Shown here: positions 38,584-51,559 of the stretch, one piece after another
How positions within the stretch are numbered: the stretch's first letter is position 1
Layout: each line of letters opens with the position of its first letter
NCBI GenBank assembly: GCA_048128005.1
Contig: JBEUKZ010000054.1
Span: forward strand, 1-64,000
Reading direction: 5' to 3'
Length of the DNA: 64,000 nucleotides
Source of the DNA: Veleropilina oligotropha
Lineage: Eukaryota
Notes under the pieces: model-generated
The model's database searches: none
The model's input: the letters and a program-made list of their open reading frames with translations, nothing else
Told to the model about the DNA's origin: nothing
Translations under genes and position numbers: made by a program

Positions 38584-39518
38584 TTTTTGACCTGCCTGTG
38601 AGGCAGGGCTAGAGTCGTGGTCTGGCATCCGTTGGCGTCGGCTGATTGCTTTCTGTCACATAGAAGACGAACCGCTGGACCTACCTTCATATTTGGTATA
38701 CACCTTGTATACAATAAGGCCTTACCTAAGTTTAAAGTTGGGGTCACTGGGTCAGAGGTCAAAGTCATTTTCGTGTATTTCCGTTCTGGACTTGAAGATC
38801 GCTTTCTGTCGCATAGTACTATTAGTAGACGAACTGATGGACCTATGATTTTCATATTTTGTATATATACCGTGTATACCATCAGGCCTTGTCCAAGTTC
38901 AAAGATGGGGTCTCTGGGTCAAAGTTCAAGGTCATTTTCGTGTATTACCATTCTTGATTTGGAAGATTGCTTTATGTCACATAGAAGACGAACCGCTTGA
39001 CCTCTGCTTTTCATAGTTGGTATACACCTTGTATACCATTGGGCCTTGCCTAAGCTCAAACATGGGCTCACTTTGTCAAAGGTCAAGGTCGTTTTCATGT
39101 ATTTCCGATCTGGCCTTGGAGGATTACTTTCTGTCAAATAAACGATGAACCGCTGGACCTACGCTTTTCATATTTGATATACCATGGGGCATTGCCTAAG
39201 TTCAAAACGGGTCAACGGTCAAGGTCATTTTTCTTGTATTTCCGTTCTTGACTGGGAAGATTGCTTTCTGTCACATATAAGACGAACCGCTAGACCTACA
39301 TCTTTCATATTTGGTATGCACCTTGTGTGCCACCAGGCCTTGCCCAAGTTCAAAGATGGGGTCGCTGGGACAAATGTCAAGGTCATATGAACTATTGTAA
39401 AACATGCTTTCTGACAGTTACTATGAAATTTGTTATTGAGTTATTGATTATTTAAGCTCTATGGATCCGATGTAGTATATACAAAAGGCAGGCCAGTATG
39501 AGGAGTATACCTCTAGTT
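38584..39518 (+). mobile_element. HINE-like element with ~5 internal ~150-160-bp repeats
   Basis: 5' hairpin cctgcctgtgaggcagg, repeated core (ctttctgtcacatagaagacgaaccgct...ggtcaaggtcatttt), 3' aggcagg plus stem-loop and ctagtt. Confidence 0.75.
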
Positions 39519-40312
39519 TAATATGTCTTGTGAAGTATATATATTATATAATTCAACACTTGACACTTTGCAATATAGAGGTTATGCGTTTGAATCGACC
39601 GTATAAACTTGTATTAAAATAGTTTTTTAAAAGTCATAATACAAGCACATTTTTCACCTTGCTATCATTTGAAAACTTCAAAAATTTACTAGCCCAAGTC
39701 TTGAAGAGTTAGTTGGATTCAATATTTCACTAGCACTGCTCCATATCACACTAGCCCGAATTTTAAGAAATGATAAAAGTAAAAATTCACTATAATCCTT
39801 TATTGTCGACATCGAAATTTCCACAAGCAATAGGTCCTAATATATAAAATAAGTTGTATTCCCAAATTTTACCTTAATTATACAAAATCATTGAGTATGC
39901 AAAAATTATTTTCAATTTACGACAGACTACATGTCTGACTAATGTGTTATAAGACAATATGGCGACATGACAGTTATTAAACATTCCACAACTGGGCCTT
40001 TCATTGCAAATTTGCCATTGTTATCGTTGATAGTTGAATAAAGAACACAATTTACATAGCACATTTTTTTTAAATAATCTAAACAGATAAATATCATGAT
40101 CGTTTTAGAGGTTTCTATTAGTAGTGGTCAAAGTTTGATAGAGTAGTATTTATATAATTTATGATAAATACGAAATACTGGTGTGTTATACAGGGATTTC
40201 GATGTTACTATTATTAAACGTGACATTTGTAACTTTATAAATTAATGTGTACATGTGTTTCCCAATAGATATTGCATCATTTCCTAATTTAAATCAGGAA
40301 ACATTTATATAA

Positions 40313-40953
40313 TTATCCAAGCGGGGGCCGCAGGCCCCCGATTGGGTATAAATTCTCTATATGGTACAACATTGAGAAAAAACCTCCGTCCGTCCGTCAC
40401 TGAACTCCTCCTAGAGTATTGACGCTATGGTCATGAAATTTTCAGTGTCATCAGGAATTACCAATGTGATGGTTTACCACCCAAAATATGCATTTATTAA
40501 GCAAACATATGCATTTATTAAGCACTTTTATGCATTTTGTATATAGCCTATGTCTAATTTCATAGACCTAAATAACAATGACGTCACAATGACGTCATTA
40601 CGACGTCACCTCTCTAACGCATCATGCTATTTACTAGATACGTTATACCATTGGAATCAGACGTTATTGATTCTGTAGCATTCGGCCCCCGCTTGGATAA
40701 TTCACGTCATCAAAGGTTAGTTCATTATTATAGATTTCACATAAAACGTTGTATGTCCTATTTTACAGCTCGACTGAATCCACGTTCTTACAAGGTAATA
40801 AATATTTACGAAAAATGTTGTGTGTGTTTCGGCGTATATTGTCTCTTTCCTTGCTTCACTTTTTCAATGATAAACAACGGAAACTCGAAATTGGCAATTA
40901 TTTCCGATTCGGCCCCCGCTTGGTATGCAGTTTTACCCCCTCCCAGATCTTGT
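40313..40953 (+). mobile_element. HINE-like element with two 3' ends
   Basis: 5' ccaagcgggggccg hairpin, (GTCC)n, and the complementary cggcccccgcttgg at ~40683 and again at ~40910. Confidence 0.7.
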
Positions 40954-41689
40954 AAAATTGCACGTCTACTTTATTTATAGTTTAAATTACTAAAATTGAG
41001 TTAGAAACACTATTTTTTTAAAATACGTATACTGATATTGAAATTGTTGTGATGTAGAAATTGTCATGATAAAAATCACAAATACACAAGCCATTTTGAT
41101 TTATCATATTAAATTTGACTATTTTCATTTCAGCAAAAGAACTTCTGATGAATATGTGAAAATAATTTGGCGACAATCTCCAAATTCAGGACAAAAACGG
41201 CAAAAACATTCAAAGCTAATTGGACAGTTTTATAACCACAACAACGAGTTTGCAAAACTTTAAGCCTGATGATAACCAGCAACTTCAACACTGACAAGAT
41301 TTCATTACTGGTAAATCAATCCTCAGAGTGATCAGTGAACATTTGCAAGCAAAAGTCCTACTGTTTTTCATTGCACAGAACAATAGTGTGTTCATATTCT
41401 TATTACCAAGTGCAATACTTGCTGTTTCCTGTAATTGTTTTCAGAAGTTCATTAATTTATAGTAAACACTGTAATATAATACTGTAATATGAATAATGCT
41501 CACTGTATTATACTATGTACAGTAACTCCATTGCAAATTAAATATTTACTTGTAATTGAATTCAATTTAATTTCTCAATTAACATATAAGGTATAGTTAG
41601 TGATAAATGTGAATTGTTTTCCATATTATTTACCTTTGAACTTGAATTGTTATTTATTGTCCTGACAGAACGTCTGATTATCCATTCGA

Positions 41690-41960
41690 ACCCATTCAAC
41701 CAGAATGAAGAATGTTCAAAGCCGAACTTTGAGTAAAGTCGATCTTTGGGTACAGTTTAAAATTGATTTAAAATATAATTTGTTTGAGTTTTAACCATTT
41801 AGGAAGTGCATTACTGCTACTCATTTAAAACCCGTTGTATTCGCCATAATGTACTTCTTAGACCCAAACAATTTCTATTTTAAACCAATTTTAAAATTTA
41901 CCCAAAGCTTGACTTTACTCAAATTCGGCTTTGAATATTCTTCATTCTGGTTAAATGGGT
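41690..41960. mobile_element. MITE-like element with long imperfect TIRs
   Basis: acccatt.aaccagaatgaagaat.ttcaaagccgaa... mirrored by ...ttcggctttgaatattcttcattctggttaaatgggt. Confidence 0.8.
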
Positions 41961-42249
41961 GCGCATATGGCCCTAAGTATCGATCCATTACTTTCCTGTC
42001 GATAAAATAAGAAGGTGTTGTCTTCAATCAGGAATTATCACACATTGCCAAGCAATGCTGCTAACTGGTGAATTGATTGAGAGCTACGCTCTTAGCACAA
42101 CTTGTTTTACATTTATGAAAGTTTACATAACAAAATTTGTCGATGGTTTATGCAGAAATTATCAAAGAATAGACTTTAATTTGATTAATTGCATTATGCT
42201 ACATCAGCAAAACTAGATGTAAGTCTTCTTCCACAGTCATAGATGGGCC

Positions 42250-42660
42250 AATCAAGTGCAAATTATGCTGGCTTGATCATGCAGTGATCGAAGATGGAAC
42301 AAGATGCCAACGAACCATTCAGTTGACAATGGAGTCATTGCCTTGCCAATGAAGGGCCAATCATGGGCCAGTGAAACCATTGACTTGCCAATGAAAATGC
42401 CATGGGCCAATGATGGACCAATGAGTTGCCAATGAAAAATTGATGGGCCAATGACTTGCCAATGAAAATGCCATTGGTTTGCCACTGAAATGCCAATATA
42501 CCCATTGGCTTGCCAATGATGGGCCAATCATGGGCCAGTGAAACCATTGGCTTGCTAATGATTGGCCAATCATGGGCCAGTGAAACCATTGGCTTGCCAA
42601 TGATGGGCCAATGAAAAATGCCATTGATTTGCCAAGGATGGGCCAATCATGGGCCAATGA
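42250..42660. repeat. Degenerate tgggccaat / ttgccaatg motif array (related array at 35270-35525)
   Basis: Repeated gggccaatcatgggccagtgaaaccattggcttgccaatgat units. They explain the repetitive ORFs at 42252-42657. Confidence 0.85.
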
Positions 42661-42996
42661 CTTGTTTTACTAACGTTTTACTAACGTTTTCAGTAACGTT
42701 AAACCATAACGTTCGGAGGACATCAGGAAAACTTTCCCAGAAAACGTTATGTTAACGTTATTAGTAACGTTTTACTAACGTTATAGCAGTAACGTTTTAC
42801 AAACGTTAGCAGTAACGTTTTTACAAACGTTAGCGGTAACGTTTTATAAACGTTAGCAGTAACGTTACATCACAACGTCCTCAAAACATCAAGAAAACTT
42901 TCCCAGAAAACGTTAATCTAACGTTAGCACAAACGTTTTCGTAACATAGAGCAAACGTTAGCAAAACGTTCTTAGAACATTTTTTTGTTAGCTGGG

Positions 42997-45900
42997 ATGA
43001 TCATTGTTACAGTACATGATCATTGTTACAGTACATGATCATTGTTACAGTACATGATCATTGTTACAGTACATGATCATTGTTACAGTACATGATCATT
43101 GTTACAGTACATGATCATTGTTACAGTACATGATCATTGTTACAGTACATGATCATTGTTACAGTACATGATCATTGTTACAGTACATGATCATTGTTAT
43201 CATTGTTACAGTACATGATCATTGTTATCATTGTTACAGTACATGATCATTGTTATCATTGTTACAGTACATGATCATTGTTATCATTGTTACAGTACAT
43301 GATCATTGTTATCATTGTTACAGTACATGATCATTGTTACAGTACATGATCATTGTTACAGTACATGATCATTGTTACAGTACATGATCATTGTTATCAT
43401 TGTTACAGTACATGATCATTGTTACAGTACATGATCATTGTTATCATTGTTACAGTACATGATCATTGTTACAGTACATGATCATTGTTATCATTGTTAC
43501 AGTACATGATCATTGTTATCATTGTTACAGTACATGATCATTGTTACAGTACATGATCATTGTTACAGTACATGATCATTGTTACAGTGCATGATCATTG
43601 TTATCATTGTTACAGTACATGATCATCGTTACAGTACATGATCATCGTTACAGTACATGATCATTGTTACAGTACATGATCATTGTTACAGTACATGATC
43701 ATTGTTACAGTACATGATCATTGTTACAGTACATGATCATCGTTACAGTACATGATCATTGTTACAGCACATGATCATTGTTACAGTACATGATCATTGT
43801 TACAGTACATGATCATCGTTACAGTACATGATCATCGTTACAGTACATGATCATTGTTACAGTACATCATCATTGTTACAGTACATGATCATTGTTATCA
43901 TTGTTACAGTACATGATCATTGTTACAATACATGATCATTGTTACAGTACATGATCATCGTTACATTACATGATCATTGTTACAGTACATGATCATTGTT
44001 ACAGTACATGATCATCGTTACAGTACATGATCATCGTTACAGTACATGATCATTGTTACAGTACATCATCATTGTTACAGTACATGATCATTGTTATCAT
44101 TGTTACAGTACATGATCATTGTTATCATTGTTACAGTACATGATCATCGTTACAGTACATGATCATCGTTACAGTACATGATCATCGTTACAGTACATGA
44201 TCATTGTTACAGTACATGATCATTGTTATCATTGTTACAGTACATGATCATTGTTATCATTGTTACAGTACATGATCATTGTTACAGTACATGATCATTG
44301 TTACAGTACATGATCATTGTTATCATTGTTACAGTACATGATCATTGTTATCATTGTTACAGTACATGATCATTGTTATCATCGTTACAGTACATGATCA
44401 TCGTTACAGTACATGATCATCATTACAGTACATGATCATCGTTACAGTACATGATCATTGTTACAGTACATAATCATTGTTATCATTGTTACAGTACATG
44501 ATCATTGTTATCATTGTTACAGTACATGAACATTGTTATCATTGTTACAGTACATGATCATTGTTACAGTACATGATCATTGTTACAGTACATGATCATT
44601 GTTACAGTACATGATCATTGTTACAGTACATGATCATTGTTACAGTACATGATCATTGTTACAGTACATGATCATTGTTACAGTACATGATCATTGTTGC
44701 AGTACATGATCATTGTTACAGTACATGATCATTGTTGCAGTACATGATCATTGTTGCAGTACATGATCATTGTTACAGTACATGATCATTGTTACAGTAC
44801 ATGATCATTGTTACAGTACATGATCATTATTACAGTACATGATCATTGTTATCATTGTTACAGTACATGATCATTGTTACAGTACATGATCATCGTTACA
44901 GTACATGATCATCGTTACAGTACATGATCATTGTTACAGTACATGATCATTGTTACAGTACATGATCATTGTTACAGTACATGATCATTGTTACAGTACA
45001 TGATCATTGTTACAGTACATGATCATTGTTGCAGTACATGATCATTGTTACAGTACATGATCATTGTTGCAGTACATGATCATTGTTGCAGTACATGATC
45101 ATTGTTACAGTACATGATCATTGTTACAGTACATGATCATTGTTACAGTACATGATCATTATTACAGTACATGATCATTGTTATCATTGTTACAGTACAT
45201 GATCATTGTTACAGTACATGATCATCGTTACAGTACATGATCATCGTTACAGTACATGATCATTGTTACAGTACATGATCATTGTTACAGTACATGATCA
45301 TTGTTACAGTACATGATCATTGTTACAGTACATGATCATCGTTACAGTACATGATCATTGTTACAGCACATGATCATTGTTACAGTACATGATCATTGTT
45401 ACAGTACATGATCATCGTTACAGTACATGATCATCGTTACAGTACATGATCATTGTTACAGTACATCATCATTGTTACAGTACATGATCATTGTTACAGC
45501 ACATGATCATTGTTACAGTACATGATCATTGTTACAGTACATGATCATTGTTATCATTGTTACAGTACATGATCATTGTTACAGTACATGATCATTGTTA
45601 CAGTACATGATCATTGTTACAGTACATGATCATTGTTACAGTACATGATCATTGTTACAGTACATGATCATTGTTACAGTACATGATCATTGTTACAGTA
45701 CATGATCATTGTTACAGTACATGATCATTGTTACAGTACATGATCATTGTTACAGTACATGATCATTATTACAGTACATGATCATTGTTATCATTGTTAC
45801 AGTACATGATCATTGTTACAGTACATGATCATCGTTACAGTACATGATCATCGTTACAGTACATGATCATTGTTACAGTACATGATCATCGTTACAGTAC

Positions 45901-48900
45901 ATGATCATTGTTACAGCACATGATCATTGTTACAGTACATGATCATTGTTACAGTACATGATCATCGTTACAGTACATGATCATCGTTACAGTACATGAT
46001 CATTGTTACAGTACATGATCATTGTTACAGTACATGATCATTGTTACAGTACATGATCATCGTTACAGTACATGATCATCGTTACAGTACATGATCATCG
46101 TTACAGTACATGATCATTGTTACAGTACATCATCATTGTTACAGTACATGATCATTGTTACAGTACATGATCATTGTTACAGTACATGATCATTGTTATC
46201 ATTGTTACAGTACATGATCATTGTTACAGTACATGATCATCGTTACAGTACATGATCATCGTTACAGTACATGATCATTGTTACAGTACATGATCATTGT
46301 TACAGTACATGATCATTGTTACAGTACATGATCATCGTTACAGTACATGATCATCGTTACAGTACATGATCATTGTTATCATTGTTACAGTACACGATCA
46401 TTGTTATCATCGTTACAGTACATGATCATCGTTACAGTACATGATCATCGTTACAGTACATGATCATTGTCACAGTACATGATCATTGTTACAGTACATG
46501 ATCATTGTTATCATTGTTACAGTACATGATCATTGTTATCATTGTTGCAGTACATGATCATTGTTATCATTGTTACAGTACATGATCATTGTTACAGTAC
46601 ATGATCATTGTTATCATTGTTACAGTACATGATCATTGTTATCATTGTTACAGTACATGATCATTGTTACAGTACATGATCATTGTTACAGTACATGATC
46701 ATTGTTATCATTGTTACAGTACATGATCATCATTACAGTACATGATCATCGTTACAGTACATGATCATCGTTACAGTACATGATCATCGTTACAGTACAT
46801 GATCATTGTTACAGTACATCATCATTGTTACAGTACATGATCATTGTTATCATTGTTACAGTACATGATCATTGTTACAGTACATGATCATTGTTATCAT
46901 TGTTACAGTACATGATCATCATTACAGTACATGATCATCGTTACAGTACATGATCATTGTTACAGTACATGATCATTGTTACAGTACATGATCATTGTTA
47001 CAGTACATGATCATCGTTACAGTACATGATCATCGTTACAGTACGTGATCATTGTTACAGTACATCATCATTGTTACAGTACATGATCATTGTTATCATT
47101 GTTACAGTACATGATCATCGTTACAGTACATGATCATTGTTACTGTATTACAGTACATGATCATTGTTACAGTACATGATCATCGTTACAGTACATGATC
47201 ATCGTTACAGTACATGATCATTGTTACAGTACATGATCATTGTTACAGTACATGATCATCGTTACAGTACATGATCATTGTTATCATTGTTCCAGTACAT
47301 GATCATTGTTACAGTACATGATCATTGTTACAGTACATGATCATCGTTATCATTGTTACAGTACATGATCATTGTTACAGTACATGATCATTGTTACAGT
47401 ACATGATCATTGTTACAGTACATGATCATCGTTACAGTACATGATCATTGTTACAGTACATGATCATTGTTGCAGTACATGATCATTGTTACAGTACATG
47501 ATCATCGTTACAGTACATGATCATTGTTACAGTACATGATCATCGTTACAGTACATGATCATCGTTACAGTACATGATCATTGTTATCATTGTTACAGTA
47601 CATGATCATTGTTACAGTACATGATCATTGTTACAGTACATGATCATCGTTACAGTACATGATCATCGTTACATTACATGATCATTGTTATCATTGTTAC
47701 AGTACATGAACATTGTTACAGTACATGATCATTGTTACAGTACATGATCATTGTTACAGTACATGATCATTGTTACAGTACATGATCATCGTTACAGTAC
47801 ATGATCATTGTTACAGTACATGATCATTGTTACAGTACATGATCATTGTTACAGTACATGATCATTGTTATCATTGTTACAGTACATGATCATTGTTATC
47901 ATTGTTACAGTACATGATCATTGTTACAGTACATGATCATTGTTACAGTACATGATCATTGTTACAGTACATGATCATTGTTATCATTGTTACAGTACAT
48001 GATCATTGTTACAGTACATGATCATTGTTACAGTACATGATCATTGTTATCATTGTTACAGTACATTATCATTGTTACAGTACATGATCATTGTTATCAT
48101 TGTTACAGTACATGATCATTGTTACAGTACATGATCATTGTTATCATTGTTACAGTACATGATCATTGTTATCATTGTTACAGTACATGATCATTGTTAC
48201 AGTACATGATCATTGTTACAGTACATGATCATTGTTACAGTACATGATCATTGTTATCATTGTTACAGTACATGATCATTGTTACAGTACATGATCATTG
48301 TTACAGTACATGATCATTGTTACAGTACATGATCATTGTTATCATTGTTACAGTACATGATCATTGTTATCATTGTTACAGTACATGATCATTGTTACAG
48401 TACATGATCATTTTTACAGTACATGATCATCGTTACAGTACATGATCATCGTTACAGTACATGATCATTGTTACAGTACATGATCATTGTTATCATTGTT
48501 ACAGTACATGATCATTGTTATCATTGTTACAGTACATGATCATTGTTACAGTACATGATCATTGTTATCATTGTTACAGTACATGATCATTGTTACAGTA
48601 CATGATCATTGTTACAGTACATGATCATTGTTACAGTACATGATCATTGTTATCATTGTTACAGTACATGATCATTGTTATCATTGTTACAGTACATGAT
48701 CATCGTTACAGTACATGATCATTGTTACTGTATTACAGTACATGATCATTGTTACAGTACATGATCATCGTTACAGTACATGATCATCGTTACAGTACAT
48801 GATCATTGTTACAGTACATGATCATTGTTACAGTACATGATCATTGTTACAGTACATGATCATTGTTATCATTGTTACAGTACATGATCATCGTTACAGT

Positions 48901-49168
48901 ACATGATCATTGTTACAGTACATGATCATCATTACAGTACATGATCATCGTTACAGTACATGATCATTGTTACAGTACATGATCATTGTTACAGTACATG
49001 ATCATTGTTACAGTACATGTTCATCGTTACAGTACATGATCATTGTTACAGTACATGATCATCGTTACAGTACATGATCATCGTTACAGTACATGATCAG
49101 CGTTACAGTACATGATCATTGTTACAGTACATGATCATCGTTACAGTACATGATCATTGTTACATTAC
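42997..49168. repeat. 19-bp satellite (acagtacatgatcattgtt), right block
   Basis: ~6.2 kb of the same unit, with cgtt/tgtt variants and 9-bp atcattgtt insertions. Confidence 0.98.
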
Positions 49169-49465
49169 ATTATTATTATTATGTCTGTGTCATTATTTAC
49201 CATTAATCATATTGAAATCTTCCTTGGAAAATAAGTGACCCTTCAGTTTTTCAGTTTTCCGATTGCATTACGCAGCAAATTGCACGTTGTTTATTTGTCT
49301 TTAGAAGTGTCTCTCGATAACTGTTCCATAGGTATGATATCCATTAATGTCTCCGGTGAATTCACTCATCTTTCATGGGCACTTTAAAGAAAATAATTTC
49401 TGCCTTTGTGTTTTCTTAGATGTATTACTTGGATGGTCAGTCACATATTATACTTGTTATCGTAG

Positions 49466-49598
49466 CTCGCCGACTGCGAGGCGTGTTGCACAGCGTCGGA
49501 CTCACCACCGCTTCTCTGTCCCAGTCAGGGGTCATCAGTCTGCAGGCCCTGACCAAGCTGGCCAGCCTGCTGCAGGTCTCCGACGGATCAGACACGAG
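49466..49598 (+). CDS. HAUS1: HAUS1 coding exon 3 (133 nt, phase 1 to 2)
   Basis: ttgttatcgtag| (A)RRLRGVLHSVGLTTASLSQSGVISLQALTKLASLLQVSDGSDT |gtaatc. The G from exon 2 plus CT gives Ala, matching recalled HAUS1 ESE-AKYLQDLL.SV..SPANLS..G...L.AL. Confidence 0.85.
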
Positions 49599-49915
49599 GT
49601 AATCGATCCACATAAGTCATTGTGGCACAAGGTGTTCAATCATTATATCTTTATAAGGCATTGTAATATTCAATCCTTGTAAGGCATTGTGATAACTTCG
49701 TAAGGTAGTCACTCCATATAAGGCATGGAATCAAAGTATTCCATTAATATAAGGCATTGCAAAAAGGTAGTCAATCCATATAAGGCATGGAAACAAGGTA
49801 ATAAAATCCATATAAGGCATGGAAACAAAGTTTTCCATCTATATAAGGCATTGCAACAAAGTATTCAATCAATATAAGACATGGAAACAAGATATCCAAT
49901 CCATATAAGGCTTGG
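49592..49915 (+). repeat. Degenerate ~31-33-bp minisatellite (caaggtattcaatccatataaggcattgcaa), continued at 62005-62070 and 62781-62940
   Basis: The recurring ccatataaggcat core appears in all three blocks. Confidence 0.85.
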
Positions 49916-50700
49916 ACACAAAGTGCTCCATCCAAGAAGCAGCTGACTCTGTGCAGTCATGGTCCGAGTCCAACATGATGCGCGTTAATGCCAAGAAGAC
50001 CAAGGAGATGGTCATAAGTTTTAAACGCACCCCCTCCGTCATCCCACCGCTGACTATGGATGGATCGGCTGTTGAGCGTGTCGAAGTATTCAAACTTCTT
50101 GGTGTATGGCTGAGCGATGACCTAACCTGGACTCGCCACAGCATCTGCAGCAAAGCGTCACCACGATTGTACCTCCTGAAGCTGCTGCGACAATATGGCA
50201 TATCACAGAACGATCTAGTGATGTACTATCAAACCATCATCAGACCGGTAATGGAGTATGCCTGCCAGGTTTGGCATCCTGGACTTACTAAGGGCCTCAG
50301 TGACTCTTTAGAAAACCTCCAGAAACGAGCCCTTAGGATTATCCTCCCTGGTGCATCCTATAAAGACGCTATCGTCGCCACTGGCATACCACGCCTACAC
50401 GAACGACGAGACATCACCAAAAGAATGTTTGCAGAAATATGCAAACCTGAAAACAAACTAAATTACCTTGTGCCAAAACCAAGGGACAGTGTCTACAACA
50501 CCCGCAAATCAAAGAAATATACGCTGCCAAAAGTGAAAACTGAACGCTATCGAAAAAGCTTTGTGAACTATTGCCTGTACAATTACCAATAAGCAGTTTT
50601 ACTTTTGATCACACATTTTAAATGTTGCTTATACCTTAATGCATGTCTTTTACTATTGTATACGTCAGCCTTTGGCTGCAATTTGGAATAAACTATATAA
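49916..50700 (+). mobile_element. LINE (L2-group) 3' fragment
   Basis: ORF 49912-50592 with NAKKTKEM, KLLGV..S.DLTW..H, IRPVMEYACQVWH, QKRALRII, followed by a short 3' UTR with aataaa. Confidence 0.9.
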
Positions 50701-50704
50701 GTAT

Positions 50705-51559
50705 TCACGTCCGTCCGTCCGTGCGCCGTCCGTCACAGATTTTCTCACATCTTTTTTTGTCATTTTGAGAAATGCTGGCATTCCGAAACTTTACAGGTCA
50801 ATTAACCACATCATTGGGTAGATCAAGTTCGAATATTGGTAATTTATTATGAAAAGTTATGTTATTTTGGCAACTTTTCGGCGATTTTGAACATAGTCTC
50901 TGGAAGCATAGATGTGATCAATTTTCTCACATCTTTTTTTGTGATTTACAGAAATGATAGCTTTCCGAAACTTTACAGGTCTATTAACCACATCATGGGG
51001 TATATTAAGTTCGAATATTGAGAATTTATTTTACAAATTTAATATAATTTTTGACAACTTTGGACTTAGTCTCGTGAAGTAAAATTTTGACCAAAAACTC
51101 ACTAAATTATTTTTCCTTTACAGAAATGCTAGCTTTCTGAATCTTTACGTATCAATTAACTATGTTATAGGCTACATCAAGTTGGAATAATGAAAAGTTA
51201 TTTTAAAAATTGAATATTTCAAATGGACTTAGTCTCGTGAAGTAAAATTATGACCAAAATCTCACTAAATTATTTTTCCGTTACAGACATGCTTTCTGAA
51301 TCTTTACAGACCAATTAACATGCTAGCTTTCTGAATCTTTACAGATCAATTAACCATATTATAGGCTACATCAAGTACGAATAATAAAAAAATATTATGA
51401 TTGTCGATAACCAATGTTTGCCAAATTCTGATAATCAATACAGTGGCCTAGTTGAAATGTCATTACTGTTTCTGGGAGCCTGCATTTTGTTAAAAAATTC
51501 AGTTCATTTATCAATGTTGGAGGCGGGGGACAATCGCCATTTAGTGGCAATCACTTGTT
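50705..51559 (+). mobile_element. HINE-like element, 5' end missing
   Basis: (GTCC)n, ~178-bp core repeats, and a 3' end gcgggggacaatcgccatttagtggcaat that resembles 5083-5115. Confidence 0.7.

Larger units (their letters stand above)
34539..42996. mobile_element. 8.46-kb non-autonomous TIR element with CCC ends and 2-bp TSD (EnSpm/CACTA-like)
   Basis: Ends cccagctaaca / tgttagctggg. AT is duplicated on both sides and the satellite register resumes. Dense subterminal aacgtt motifs at both ends. No transposase ORF seen. Confidence 0.85.

Noticed and set aside
49420..49465. ORF-track start MYYLDGQSHIILVIV as part of the protein
   Set aside because: The HAUS1 similarity and the phase-1 acceptor both begin at 49466, so the upstream part is intron.
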